From the NCBI GenBank assembly GCA_951406725.2, contig OX597818.1, forward strand, positions 82,398,001 through 82,462,000: a stretch of 64,000 nt of DNA, read 5' to 3'. Under the pieces are notes generated by a model that saw only the letters and a program-made list of their open reading frames with translations, had not been told where the DNA came from and made no database searches. The position numbers and the translations under genes are program-made. This DNA is from Octopus vulgaris. Taxonomy: Eukaryota. Of the stretch, positions 14,155-29,322 are shown piece by piece (positions within the stretch are counted from its first letter, which is position 1; every line of letters starts with the position of its first letter).

Positions 14155-15212
14155 CTAGTGTTTTACGTAGGATGTGTGCTATTTTCTGTATGTTATACAT
14201 ATTCGTTTGTCCTGTGGTTGTGTTATGTCTTTGTCTGAATATTTTTTATCATACCTAACACGCCCACTATGATAGGGATTGATTCTGTTTTTAGACTCCA
14301 CATTCGAGTTACCTCTATTTCCAGATCTTTGTATTTTGAGAGTTTCTCCATTTCTTTTACATAAACGTTGTCATCTGTTGGTATTGATACATCAATTAGA
14401 AAGCATTTTTTTTCTTCATGACCTCTGACAACTATATATGGCCGATTGGCCTTAATTTCTCTATCTGTGTGTATTGGCATATCCCATAGTAGTGTTGCTT
14501 TCTCGTTTTCTGAGACCTTTTCTGGCGTGTGCCTATACCAGCTTTTTTCTGTTGTTATTTCATAGTGTTGCCATAGTTTCCAGTGTATGTAGGTTCCAAC
14601 TCTGTCGTGTGTGTGTGTGAATAGATTCTTTCTTATCCAAGACTGAGCAGCCAGAGAAAATATGATTTATTGTTTCTTGTCCATCTTCACACATTCTGCA
14701 GTTAATTGTTATGTTTGTGTTCATTATATATTTTTGGTAATTTCTGGTGGGGAGGCTTTGGTCTTGTGCTGCAATTAAAAATCCTTCAGTCTCTGCTTTG
14801 AGTTTCTCAACCTTGGTTGAGATTTTGCTTTGTCTATTTCTTTAGCGTTTAGTTTAACCCAGTATTTGCCATGAAGGGACTTTTCTTGCCATTGTTTTAA
14901 CACGATCCTTTGCTGTTCTAGTTTTAGTTTGGAATTTATTTGTTTTACGGATTTTGTTGTTTCTTCTCTTTCTTCATAGTTGTTAGGTAGTGTGATTTCT
15001 TGTTTGTATTTGTCAGCTTCCTTAAAGACTGAAAACATTATTTTGTTTTGTTCGTGTTTTGTGGCTATTTGTATTAGTTTTCTTTGCTTCTGAAGTATTT
15101 CTGTAGTCCTATGATGGTTATTTTGTAATAGATTTCTAGCTGTATAATGCCTCTACCATCTTCTATACGTTGTATATATAACCTTTTTGGGTGGTGCATC
15201 TTGTTTCCTGTC
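14155..15212 (-). mobile_element. R4/Dong-clade non-LTR retrotransposon 3' fragment (CCHC + REL endonuclease), pseudogenised
   Basis: ORFs 14775..15038 (WQEKSLHGKY), 14223..14480 (ANRPYIV..LIDVSIP..EKLSKYKDL..IPIIVGVLG) and C-terminal IQKIAHILRKTL; adjoins (TAA)n, a known Dong target type. Confidence 0.9.
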
Positions 15213-16849
15213 TAATCGGCAGAGCGTCATAACTTGCACCATATTATCTAACCGTTAATTATTCCCCATTCGATTTAGTTGCAAGTAGGCACAGCAGCTG
15301 AATAGCAGCAAACTCAAGATTTTAAACGCTAGCGCTAGAATTAATGAAGCATTTTCATACGATAGCGACCAGGTTGTTATTTGGTGCGCTAGAAATACTT
15401 GACAAAATTCTTTCATACTGCACCATACCTTCTTTGCAAAGAACACGTTGTGTCATTTGGTGTTGGATTTCCGTTACATAAGAAATAATACAGGACGGTC
15501 TCAACTAACTTTGATCATGTTGTCCCATTCAGGATTACCTGGAACTAAAGAACATCAGTTAAACTATTAATGCTTATGGAGTTACCTCTTATATGTTTTA
15601 GGCGTTATACTTCAAGATGTTTTGCGATCTCCCGTATAACACATTGGCCTCATGAATCGCATCATCTGTAGAAATAAATGTCAGTCAAACCAATGAAGAA
15701 GCCCCTTCGTGTCATTCAGTCTTCTAGAAACAGTAATCTTGTCTCACATCTAATTATGTTTTTAAAATATTGTACATGAAATAACGTGATCTTAGGTGTT
15801 CACGATCTGGTAAAGAAAAGATGGGGTGGCCGTACTTGGAATTCATACGGATTATATATCTGCTTAATCTGGTTTACCTTAAAAACTACACTGTTTTATC
15901 TTTGGTAAGCGAACGGCAAGATTTTATTTTTTATTCTCAATCTTTTTAACATTTTGAAGGTGAAGTTATGGTCATATGATTTTACAGACTCGAGAGCATA
16001 TACGAGATCAAAGGAGTTTATATTTGACTTGATACGATGTTGGAAGAGAGAGAGAGAGCGAGAGAGAGAGAGAGAGTAGGGCAGTGAATAATTGTGAGAG
16101 GGAGAGCGATTTTGCTAGCACAACTCTAACCATGTGTGAAAGGAAAACATTTTAGCATGTACCGCTGTGGGTTGATGTCTTCGATGAACGTCTAGGCAGT
16201 GAGGGAACCGAGGGCGGAAGTTTGATATGATCGACTGAATCTTCTTGAAATCAGACTTTTCCTAGATTGCCGTTGTTGTAATTCCTTTGGTAAAAGATCT
16301 GCTTGATGTACAAAATTAAAGTAGCGTGGGAGTATCAGAACGAATCAAATCTCGCTCAGAATGATTGTTCAACGTTTTAGCGAAATATTTGTGTTGGATT
16401 AGATTTTATCAATCTTCGTCATAGCCGTCATAGACCTAATTAGAAAAGATAGGGATTAATAGATATTATATCCTTACTCCTCCAATATCGTAGTACGGTT
16501 GTTATTGTCGACGATAGATAAAGAATGCACTATAACAGTGTTATAACAATACAAAATAGAAACAGCTGCAGTAACAAACGCGCAACAAGCGAACAATCTT
16601 TTACGAACCAACAATCAATATTTCAAATACACTAACTCGAACTGTAAACTGTACCTGGACTTCAAAGAGCAAACTACGAACTGCCAACTACATCAGACCT
16701 CTACAATCTATATGTAAAGGTCCCGTTTATTCTCGTCAGATGGTGTCGTACTCTCGTTACAACAATAGGCACAGGGTTGTACTACCCTGCACCATCAATT
16801 TTCTACTTTGCTACTGAAACGACAACAAAAGAACGTATGAAGCCAACTC

Positions 16850-17070
16850 TGGAGAGAGCAGTACCTAGAGACTTGCATATGAAGTAGTGAAAGTCGAAAG
16901 GAAGCTACGATATGAAGCAATCTTCTCTCATTAAGGACGTGGAAAAGGTACTGAATAACAATTAGGCGGCTACAGTCGGGAACAACTGCAACCCATTGCC
17001 AAAGATCCAGACAAGTGGGGATCAGCTGTTATCCCTTTCATTCTACGTAGAGTTAAAGGGTGAAGTAATA
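16850..17070 (+). mobile_element. Possible RTE-clade LINE 3' remnant
   Basis: SREQLQPIAKDPDKWGSAV resembles the RTE C-terminal W..L...AQDR..WRS.V motif; heavily decayed. Confidence 0.35.
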
Positions 17071-17632
17071 AGAGGTTTTTCTCAGCAACTATTTCCATGT
17101 AACCAATTATAACCAGTGTTTTAGCCAGGCTGTTAGTAAATGAACCCACTAACCTCAGCCAGTTTACTGAGTAACAAAAAATGGTGTGTTTGGCACCAAT
17201 CCATTAACGTATCATGGCCCAAAGTTTCTTCATGTATGTTGTTTCTAAAATTACAATATATTTGCACCATATGCAATATGTGTGTGTGTGTATGTGTGTG
17301 TATGTGCTTGTGTGTACATTATTTGTAAATTACAAATAAAATAATGTAATTAAAACCCATGTATTGAAATTCCAGACTCCTTTGTGACTTTCGAGGCATC
17401 CTGTGTCAATACATACATATTACAACGAACGAAAAATTTATATTCAGATAATTTCTCGTTCGTACGGCGCGAATTAGAACACTGCTCTCTGGTTTTGCAA
17501 CCGAAGACGAAAAAATTAATTCTTTGTGGTCACGTAACTGTTTGAAGCTTAGGTGGTATGATTTTGAATCGCTTTTGCGATGTGGGCGAAGTATAAAGAC
17601 TACTGCCTGCGTGGTGAGATAGTTCGTGCTGG

Positions 17633-19330
17633 GCATTTGGGCTAGTCTGACAACGTAAAAGGTTTCCCTGAACGGTAGGTGTTATTCTTGAAAACAATGA
17701 TGAAAAGTGCTGCTATAGTTCAATATAGTTGAAAAGTTTTCATGCGAGCATTTTGTCTTGTCTGCATTTTAGTGGATTTGTTGCCGTTTTCCCCTGGTTT
17801 GAGCGGGAGAGCGTGTGTTATTATGCAGTCGTATTCCGACATAGTGTCCTATGAGGATGAATTACTGAGATGCGATGATAGCATCGACAAGGTGATGAAA
17901 AGAAAACGTTTTGCTGCAGTGACTGATAATCCGAGACAGGAGGTACAAATAAGTAAGGAAGATTTGGAGAAATTCAAAGGCTTAATAAAAAGGGAAACGC
18001 ATGAAATTGTTGTGACCTCGCTACAGGAAGTAAGTCATAGAGTGGAAAGAGAAACAATAGTGTATAAAACATTTGATTTGGAAAAGAAAAGGGTAGAGAT
18101 TGTATCAGAGGAAAACATAGAAAACTGTCTTAAAGACATATGTAGTGATATTACACACGTTATCAGAGGAAGAATGTACACCAAGGTGGAGGTGCGCTTT
18201 AAAGCAGAAGAAATGGCCAAGTGTTATTCTATGGCCTCCAGAAATACGACAGAGATAGTGCTCCTCCCAACTTACCTTGGGAGACGTGCTTTCAGGCCAA
18301 GAGTGGCTGAGATACCACCGGAAGTGGAAGCTGGCTGGATTATGGCAGCTATTATAATGGGGTTGGAGGATAAAATTCCCATCCTCCAAATGATCAAAGA
18401 TGCAACGCAGCTGGCAAGGGAAAGAGATTGAAATGATCATTTAGACCTCCACAAAAGTGCTAAGTGCTAGAGAATATAGTTAACACCATTTGGATCGGCC
18501 AAGACAGAAAATTTAGCGTGTTAGTGGAGGGCAGGAAACCGTGATGTTTCAAGTGTGGTCAGAAAGGCCAGATTAGAGAAGACTGCCCTCCACTACCATC
18601 AGTAATACCACTATTTGGCCCCGGCGAAAAAGGAAAAGAAAATGTAGAGAAATAAGAGACAGAGAATAGCGAGTGGTTGATGGTGATAGGAGAAAAACGA
18701 AGAAAGAGGAAAATTTCACCACTTAAGGGCACCAGTCCACGCCATTCCTCCGCTCCATTCCTTCGAGTCTCCGACTTACCTAGTCCTCTACTGCAGACAC
18801 CAATCTCCTCACTCCACCCGCCACTATTTCGGACCTTGCCCCCGCAGTAACACATGCAAACAAGACATTTTATCAAATCTCCCATCACCCACCCATAAAG
18901 AAAAAGACACTAACCTTGACGATCGATTCGAGAAATAGAAAACTGGTAGTAGAAATTAAAAAATTAAAGTGTGAAACGTGTGCTGGTGGATGAAAGTGAT
19001 TTCAAAATGCTAAAACAAAAATTCGGGCCAGATATTGCGGATCTATACAGAGAGGTGTGCATGGATGCATTGCTTCCTGAAGTGGAGTACAACGACATCT
19101 TGGAGTATGTGGTTTGATTGATTTTTAAAAAGTATTTGACTTTGGAACATTGTAAGCATTTAAAGTTTCAATGCGACTTCTGGGAATGGGGCTCGAATGA
19201 TCGTCATTCCATCTTTTCATTTATACATATTTTCATTTTTCATTCGATTTTACTCCCCTCCCCTCATCCATGTTTGTATGTCCTGTACTGTCCCATCTGT
19301 GTTTTGACCCTAGTAATTAATTAGAAATAA
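17633..19330 (+). mobile_element. ORF1-only (HAL1-like, L1/Tx1-related) non-autonomous retroelement with 12-bp TSD
   Basis: AGTTCGTGCTGG direct repeat at 17621-17632 and 19331-19342; 229-aa ORF, then a frameshifted zinc knuckle; AATAAA at the 3' junction; no RT found. Confidence 0.8.
17742..18431 (+). pseudogene. Gag-like ORF1 protein, continuing after frameshift/stops into a CCHC zinc knuckle at 18545-18586
   Basis: Non-low-complexity 229-aa ORF; downstream VLVEGRKP*CFKCGQKGQIREDCP = CX2CX4(H>Q)X4C, typical of L1/Tx1 ORF1. Confidence 0.7.
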
Positions 19331-19385
19331 AGTTCGTGCTGGAAGATGATGTGCGAAGGTCGACGTAATGAAAGTCGACGTGAGC

Positions 19386-20631
19386 AGATTTTTTATGTAG
19401 TAAAAGATAAACAAATTTCTTTTTTAATCTAAAATATACTCTCCTTCATTTTGTACAATGCTCTTGCATCTATCTGGTAGACTTTCAAGGCCCCTCTACC
19501 AAAATTCACATGTTTGTGACGAAAAGTGCTCCTCCAGTACGATTCTGACCGCATCTCCAGAATTTATATTTTTTCCGACAAAATGATTGTGAGGGATGCT
19601 GAATAAATGATAATCAGATGGAGCAATGTACGGTAAATATGGTGAGTGGGGCATCGTTTCCCATTCAAACTACTCCAGCCTTTCGACTGTCATCCTTGCT
19701 GTATGTGGCCCTGTATTATTCTAATGGAAGAATATCTTTCGTCTTGAAACCAAAGATGGTCGTTTCTCTTCTAGCGCTGACTTAAGCCGCTCAAGCTGCT
19801 CGCATTAGATTGCCTTTGTTATCGTTTGGTTTGGATTCAAAAGTTCAAAGTGAACTAAACCTTTCCTATCCTACCAAACAGATAACACCTTACGTGAGTG
19901 AAAACATTTAGCCTGTGGTGCCGGTGTTTCTGCTTTCCCTATTCACTGTCTTCGGCGCTCGACGTTTTTATAGAGAACCCATTTCTCGTCACCAGTCACT
20001 CTTCCTTCTGAAGAAAGGTTCATTCGTGAGACGTGACAGTGAAGAAGAGCATACATTCACTCTGCGTGCGATTAGACACGGAAAATTTGTGAGGATCACA
20101 TTGACCCAATTTACTGACTTTTCCGATGGCACGCAAGAGTCGATGAATGGTTGAATGACCAAATTCAAACTTCGCTTCTAGTTCCTCAACAGTTACGATG
20201 GGATTTTGTTTCACCAGTGTTTGAAGGAAGTCCTGATCGAGCTCTACAGATCTTCCGGGATGAGGCCCGTCCATTAGGCTGTAGTTTCCGGCTCGGAATT
20301 CCTAGAAGCACTGTTGACCCTGGATTACACTTATCGTCCGATCCCAATATCCTGCATTAATATTCCTCGCACTTTTCGTTGCGTTGTTGCAATAATTGAA
20401 CTCATAAAGCAAAATATGCCGAATATGATCCTTTGTCACTTCCTTTATGGCTTTGAAAAAATAACTGCTAAAATCGAACTGCATTCTTCAAAACTTACAC
20501 TAAGAATAAACACAGGGTCAAATTACTACCTGCTTTTATAACAAGTTGATGCAGGTAGTTTGTCCCGTCCCTGTCCGACTTTTAGTTCAGGCAACTGAAA
20601 AAAAACCCACATCGTTTATGGAATGACCCAG
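19386..20631 (-). mobile_element. mariner transposon, decayed; one TIR intact (~20602-20631, followed by TA)
   Basis: Fragments EVTKDHIRHILLYEF, PHPGRSVELD..LVKQNP, TIHRLLRAIGKVSKLGQCDPH and C-terminal LPDRCKSIVQNEGEYILD* (stop at 19424-19426). Confidence 0.9.
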
Positions 20632-20734
20632 TATATAAATTCATACGTCTACTACGACTGTTGCTACATTTTCCCCTTTCTCTTCCTCTTCCTCCTAATC
20701 CTCTTCCACCTCTTCCTCATCATCATCCTATTGC

Positions 20735-20739
20735 TACTA

Positions 20740-20798
<59 letters not shown>

Positions 20799-20814
20799 GC
20801 TGCTGCTGTTGCTG

Positions 20815-20852
<38 letters not shown>

Positions 20853-20891
20853 GCTGCTGCTGCTGTTGCTGCTGCTACTACTACTACTACA

Positions 20892-20931
<40 letters not shown>

Positions 20932-21015
20932 TTGTTACTGCTGCTGCTGCTGTTGCTGCTGTTGCTGTTGCTGCTGCTGCTGCTGCTGCTCCCTTCTGTC
21001 ATCACTGTTGCTGCT
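20735..21015. repeat. (CTA)n/(CTG)n microsatellite
   Basis: Direct reading. Confidence 0.95.
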
Positions 21016-21442
21016 GCTGTCACCGATGCCGCCGCTAATGTTGGTACATGTTTTAGTGCTGATAACAAAAAAAAAAGAATTATTTCGACAAAACTTGCAA
21101 AAATGAAAATAGGAATGTGGAAAATATAGTTTAAACAATCTAATATTTATAGGAAAACAAATCCCAAAAAGGTTGATGAACAGAAAATGTGTTGGAAGCA
21201 GGAGTAAGGATGTGTGCACGAGGGAGTAAGGATGATTGGGAGACATATAAGTAAAGAATAGAGATAGATACATTTAAAAAAGAAACAGACGGATAGCTAG
21301 CTAGTTAGACTGATACATAGACAGATAGACAGATAGACAGACAGATAAGTATTTAGTTAGACCGATATATAACAGTGGAATAGTTTTAAATATCGCTCTC
21401 TCTCTATATATATATATGTGTGTGTGCGTGTGTATGTATGTA

Positions 21443-21489
<47 letters not shown>

Positions 21490-21510
21490 GTTTGTATATA
21501 TATGTTTTTA

Positions 21511-21579
<69 letters not shown>

Positions 21580-21658
21580 ATATATTTGTATATCTATATC
21601 TATATACACATGTAGAACATGGATAGATAAGATATATGGATGGCTTGTTATGCAGCGA

Positions 21659-21691
<33 letters not shown>

Positions 21692-21927
21692 TGAGAGAGA
21701 GAGAGAGTGAAAGTGAGGAGGTGTGAGAAAGATGGAGAAAGAGTGAAAGAAAGACAGAAACACAGACATACAGACTGCTAGATTGCTTGATAGAGAGACA
21801 AACAGATAAATAGAAAGGCAGTTAGAGCTCGGTAGATATATATTTCGATAGATTAATAGAGTGATATAGGCGGATTGGCAAACAGACACATAGAATGACA
21901 AACACAAACAGATAGACAGGCAGATAA

Positions 21928-21997
<70 letters not shown>

Positions 21998-22794
21998 GAC
22001 AGATAGATAGATAGATAGATAGATAGATAGGAAAAACTGATATAGAATATTAAAGCAAGTTATTTTTATTACAGTCTGTGTTGGAGGTGTTCACTGGAGT
22101 TATGGCGCTAAGAGGATAAGCACATATGCAAATATCTGGTGGGTAAATTTTGCCCACAAGGTATTTGCATGTGTAATTTTCCCCATTCTATTTTCTTATC
22201 CCAGTTTATCATTGTGCCATTCATTTTTCTTTCTTTCTTTATATATTTTAATTTCATTTCTTATATATTCTCGCTTGTCTTTTTCTATTTTTCAATCACT
22301 CTTCACTTGTAATTTGCCAAACCAACCCAACACACTCACACTCACAAACATAACAGTCACACACATTTTTTTTTCTTTTCCCTTAATATTTTTTTTCCAC
22401 TTTTGAATCTTCCATGACGGCCTTTTTTCCACCTACGCATTATTTATTATTTATTATTTTCTCTCCGAGTTACTCAAGACAATTTACACCTCTCACTTAA
22501 AATGCACAGATTTGCTCGGATGAAATAAAGCAAACAACAGCAATACACACATGTCTGGGATTTTTTTCTTTCTCTCAGCGATGGAAAGATACAGTTAAAA
22601 AAGAAGCACCTTAATGGGGACTTAACACGCCTTATTACTAGAAATGAAAATCCAAAGGTCCAATGTTCGGTGACACAAAGGTGCTACCAATGATATTGAT
22701 TTTTCACAGTGTAGCCTTTATAATCTCTTGTAGTTTTGCTTATTTTTTTTATATTTTAACGATGCTATATGCCATTTGTGTTTGTTTTCAATCG

Positions 22795-22850
<56 letters not shown>

Positions 22851-23399
22851 GTATATATGTATATGCATATATATATGTGTGTGTGTGTATGACTATATAT
22901 ATTGTCACATATTTTACTTTTTATTTTTCATAAAACAACTTTTAGTTCTTAAGTTATTCTATGACACGTTTTATGCATAATTTGGGGAAAATTTAGTTCC
23001 TTTTTGCCTGTCTATCTTTCTATCTAATTATTTATCTAGCCATCTCTCTCTCTCTCTCCGTTTGTCTGTCTGTCTGTCTTTGTGATATTTTGATAACAGA
23101 CATTTCTGACCTATTCCCTCTTACATCTCTCGTGTGTGTACGTGTGTATATGTGTGTGTGTGTACGTGTGTATATGTGTGTGTGTGTGTGTGTATTGGTA
23201 TTGTTCGCACATCCAGCACCCAGACACGGAAATATGTCGGTTCAAACGTGCACCGCTTACGCAACGTCGGAACAACCACAAATCCTCTTTTAGTATCCTG
23301 GAATGACACAATATCTCGTCCCTCGCCAGTCACGTATGACACTTAAAAGAAGAAAATGCATCAAACATAATCAAATGGAAGCTCCTTGAATAACTGGGT

Positions 23400-24170
23400 A
23401 CTTATATAAATGGGAGGAAACGATGAAAGCTAAGCTTAACAGAAAGTAAGAATCATTAAAACAACTCACTCGAAACAGGGACCTTTTTAAACTTTAGGAA
23501 AAAATTATTCGTTCAATGCCTTTTGCTAAAACGTATCCTCGTGGCAGACTTAGAATAATGAAGAACGTATCCTCACTTTGCCAGCTACAAGAACGACAAA
23601 AATACATCCATCTCTACATATTCCGAATGCAACGTTCCGGTTATACACAGAACGATAGAATCAGCGTTTACAAAGGAGCGAAACCAAGATTCGAACGCAT
23701 TTTAAGAGATGATGAAACCGGTATATGCCCACTAAACCGCAACAAGTTCTGAAATAAGCTGGAGAGAGACACCAACAAAAAAAAAAATTTTTAAAGGACA
23801 AACATTTTTAAAATGACAAGAAGTTTCACAGTGTACTGTTTATTGACGTTACGCCTTTGAATGAATTGAGTAAGGTATTTAAGATAATCCTACTCACAAG
23901 TGGCCTCAAGATCAAAGTTGTAGATAAAACAGGTAGGACTATGCAATCTATATTTTGTAAGTCATACTCATTTGATAGAATCACGTATCAGAATAATTGT
24001 GTAGAATGTTCTACAAATCCGCATGTAAACTGTAAAACGAAGAACAGAGTATACCAGTGCTATGAAGAGTCCTACCTTGCTGACACATCTTGGATCATCA
24101 ATGTTAGGTTCAAGGAACAAATTCCATCTTCTCTCAAGAATCTGTAGACCGCCACAACGGTTCCATAGTG
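23400..24170 (+). mobile_element. Penelope-like element fragment (RT C-terminal extension + GIY-YIG endonuclease), decayed
   Basis: ORFs 23516..23752 (RMQRSGY..PLNR) and 23857..24147 (KIKVVDKTGRTM..C..C..NCKTKNRVYQC..SYLADTS..NVRFKEQ) follow the PLE pattern VY..C..Y.GET.R...RF.EH. Confidence 0.75.
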
Positions 24171-24178
24171 AGACTTAA

Positions 24179-24243
<65 letters not shown>

Positions 24244-24355
24244 GGTGAGAGAGTGAGAGAAAGATATAATGTATGTGTGTCTACTTAAGTACTTATATAA
24301 GTGTGTTTATTTATGCATTGCATGTCAGTGTAAATAATATATATATATATATATA

Positions 24356-25093
<738 letters not shown>

Positions 25094-25225
25094 TTACATA
25101 CTTGTCGATAAATTTATTTAAATGGGTCATTGTATTTTTTATGTTTGATTAGGTCACAAAAATCTCTCAATGTTTGTCATGAATTTATTTACGCCTATTT
25201 TCATTTCATTACTTCTTTCATTCTT

Positions 25226-25281
<56 letters not shown>

Positions 25282-25609
25282 TTATTCATTCTTTATTGCT
25301 TGCTTGCTTTCTTCCGCTCTCTGTCCCTCTCCCTCCCTTTCTTTTACTATTTCTCTCCCGCACTTCCTATCACTTGTAATATTTCTTTCATTTTTCGATA
25401 TTATTTTATACGTGACCCTTTCTTATGATTCTCCTTCCAGGATTTAATTTTAATATTACGACTTCCTCATTCGTTTAAGTGTTTATGTTCTTTCCAATTT
25501 TATAAGAACCTCTGGAAGAATTTCCAAGAAACGGAAAGGCCACTTTTATATAATTTTCTTACAATCATTTAAACCATTCGCTCTATTTCCTTATACTGAT
25601 TTTGTATAT

Positions 25610-25652
<43 letters not shown>

Positions 25653-25901
25653 TACACATGCGCGCATACGTACACACGCACACACGTGCCCACGCATGTG
25701 TTTATATATATATATATATACAGATACATATGCATACATGAGTATGTTTATACACACACACATATATATACATAAATAGATATAAGCATACATCGATACT
25801 CACAGGTTGATACATGTATATATGTGTGTGGATGTGTGGGTGTGTGTATACATATAAATAAATATATTTATACATGTACATATATCAATATATACACGTT
25901 G

Positions 25902-25968
<67 letters not shown>

Positions 25969-27066
25969 CATACATATATATATACACATATACATGAACT
26001 GCGAGACGAACAGACAGACAGATAGATAGTTATTCTGCTTTATTTCCGTTTTATGTCTTATGAATTTTATCATTTTTTAATATTTATCTTATTCAAATTT
26101 TATATCATTTTTAGCGCTGCAGTGAATATGGAAATCCGTAAAAATTAATAAAAACAAAACGAAATAAAAAACAAAAAAGCAAAAAAACAAAATGTTTTCT
26201 TTGCAACAGGAATTCTGTTTAAGAGTTTTATGTGGAGAGAAATGGGAAGATCTGAATCTGTCGGCTTTCGGAAAGGCGTAAACGACATGACAAAGAGATT
26301 TAATCCCAACTGGGAACGTTCGCATTCATCGCCGTCTCATATTCTTACACAAAAACATCCATTAACCAACGATGAGCGTCCGATGACGCATCGCAACATA
26401 TGCACATATTCTGACCATTAATTGTGTCAGGATAATACAACACACGTATTTGCTTTACTGTTGAATTACTTTTCGTGTCTTCATCTAAGATAAAAGTTCG
26501 TTTCAAACATTCAAGGTTTGAATGTGGTATTTCTTTTGTGATAACATATGCACAATTTTATTGCATTTCAATGGGTTCTCATGCACTTCAGTTATATTCT
26601 AAGAGTGTACTGCATTACTGAGAGTTCCCCACTTCCGCCTATAATATATTTAGGTTCTACTTACCTGAATTATATGCCTAAATATCTGGAACAAATTATT
26701 ATCAGTAGAAAGGGCGACATTTTTGGCACCTTTTATCTAATCTCTTTTGTTAAGGCTTAGTAAGCCCTTACGTGTTAAACGATTCCATATTCGTTAGTCA
26801 TCAGCTGCCATTTTGATTAGGTTGTTAGAATCCTGCATCAATAGGAGAGTTGTAAACCTATTCAAAACCCATTTGACTACCTATCTGCCCGTTATCATTC
26901 TGTCTGTACGTCTCTCTAGAAACACACACACATAGACAAACACATACATGTATATTTGTTTGCAAGTATATACATATACATATGTATACATGCATATATA
27001 TATATACATAAATATATATATGAATATACATGTATATATATATACATAAATATATATATATGAATA

Positions 27067-27127
<61 letters not shown>

Positions 27128-27574
27128 ACGCATATACATATACATATACACACACACATATATCGGCAAATAAATATGATATTTCATAAATAGCCAGTAA
27201 TTTTTTAAAGATGGTAATAGTTAATTTGGTAACGGTTTGGTGACGAACTAAAACATTTATTATTGTTAGCCATTTAAACAGAAGTTTGTATATTCCCAAC
27301 TAGTTAAATAAGAAACTGCTGACTAGTTAAAACAATGACGTTCATATTTTAAAAAATGGAAACAGCCCCCTCTGAAATAATGCGCACCTTCAGAAATACA
27401 TACACACACGTGCGCCCACTCCCCATCCATCTCTCTCTATCTGTCACACACACACACACACACACATAAGGCTTGTACAGACAGAATTCCGAAAGCTTGC
27501 ATAATTTCCATGTTAACTTACAATTTACATTCTCCATTACAATACGCCACCACATACTTGTTTGGCAAAAAGAA

Positions 27575-27928
27575 TAAGATGATTAGTCATTGGTTTTCCT
27601 GCCTGGGCATAGCCTGGAGGATCTGGTGTCCTCCGACTTCCGTCTGTTCGCTCCAGTGAAGGACACCCTTCAGGGACAATGATTTTATGACACGGACATC
27701 GCGAAAGTTGCAGTAAAAGTGGGTACGGCAGTGCACCGAACAAAGAGGGTTCTACAGTTGTGTTTAACGGTCACACCTTGCATCACTTCCGGTGGAGACA
27801 ATTTTCAGTCGTGACTTTGTATAGTGAATGAGTTACTCGGGACACAATATGCAATTTCAAGGGGAACTGTCACCTAAAAAACAAGTAGTTATGTCTAATT
27901 TTGCCTTAACTTTCACAGAACGCTCATA
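27575..27928 (+). mobile_element. mariner 3' remnant
   Basis: SLEDLVSSDFRLFAPVKDTLQGQ*F resembles YSPDLAPSDFHLFGPLKDALRGRRF. Confidence 0.7.
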
Positions 27929-27974
27929 TAAATAAAAAAAAAAACATATAGATTCATAGATATATTAACACATA

Positions 27975-28390
27975 TATTCTTTTACTCTTTTTCTTGTTTC
28001 AGTCATTTGACTGCGGCCATGCTGGAGCATCGCCTTTAAGCGTTTTTTAATCGCAAAAACCGACCCCTGTACATATTCATTGTAAACATACTGCTTATTC
28101 TATTGTTCCTTTTTTGCCGAACCGCTAGGTTATGAGGAATTAAACACAGCAAAATCGGTTGTCAAGCGATGGTGGGGGAAAAACACAGGCACAAAGACAG
28201 AGAGACAAACAGACAGACATACACAGATGTACAACAGGCTTCTTTCAGTTTCTGTCTGCCAAATCTACTCAAATGGGTGTGGTCGGCCCGAGACTATAGC
28301 AAGAGACAATTGCCCAAGTTACCCAGCAGTGGGACTGAAAACGGAACCATTTGGTTAGAAAGTAATCTTTATACTACAAAGCCAGTGCAA
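27975..28390 (-). mobile_element. SINE (56507 family), decayed
   Basis: cttgtttcagtcatttgactgcggccatgctggagc...cagtgggactgaaaacggaaccat aligns to 56507-56915 in reverse. Confidence 0.85.
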
Positions 28391-29322
28391 TTATTGTGTT
28401 GAACACGGCTATTGAACCAGAAACAGGTGTTCACAAATGTTTTCTTAACTACTTTTCTTTAAGAATTTGGCAGCTTTGGAGAATGCTTGAATTTTAAGAT
28501 TACCCACTCTTCCGAAATAGAGCTGGACTTAATTTCCATTTAGTAATAATCATACATGAAGTATTTATGTTGTATGTTATTTCATATACCTGTATTTGCC
28601 TACCCATGTATATATCTATATATATAAAACTCAACTTCTGTGTCTGTGTGTGTATCTGTGTGTGTTTATCTGTGTGTTTAACTTACCGGCACATCTTCTC
28701 CTAGACAACAAATCGTAGAACCACCAAAACTTCGGCGAATGAAAATTGAACTGCGCTATTTCTGTTCCGAAATTCATCTCGCAAGTGCAAAAATCGATAA
28801 TGTGTTTGTTTAGGCCTTATCCCATGCATTGAATAGTGAACTTTACTCAATCAGCTGTTTGACGTGAACTGTGTTCACCACGCGGGTAAGCATCCGTAAA
28901 TTGCAAGAAAAATAAAAAATCAAGATATGAAAACGAATCGCCGTAAACATTGTAGAAATCCGGCAAAGAAATGAATTTTCGGGATGTAGCCTGGAGGGTT
29001 TTTTCGTATTAATCGTTTGGACTTTGTGAACACATACCAATTGTTTTCATAACATTTTTAACGCTTTGAATTAAATGTGACCATTTTGCGTTGAGTCTGC
29101 AGTTTGAATCACTTTAACCAAATTTTAGCAGGCCGGATTTTTGATCATCACGATACATCGCCAGCGACTCCCTGAAACTCTCCCCTGAAATCCCCGTTGA
29201 GAAATCTATTTATATAAAACTCAACTTGTGTGTATATGTGTGTGTGTCTGTGTGTTTAACTTTTGGATCTACCAAGTTTCATTATTAAGGATGGAAAGTA
29301 GTGTGTAGCAAATCTATATGTA

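Noticed and set aside
22560-22700. Polypyrimidine tract + CAG resembling a splice acceptor
   Set aside because: The frame I read stops quickly, there is no convincing donor, and no homology is recognisable.
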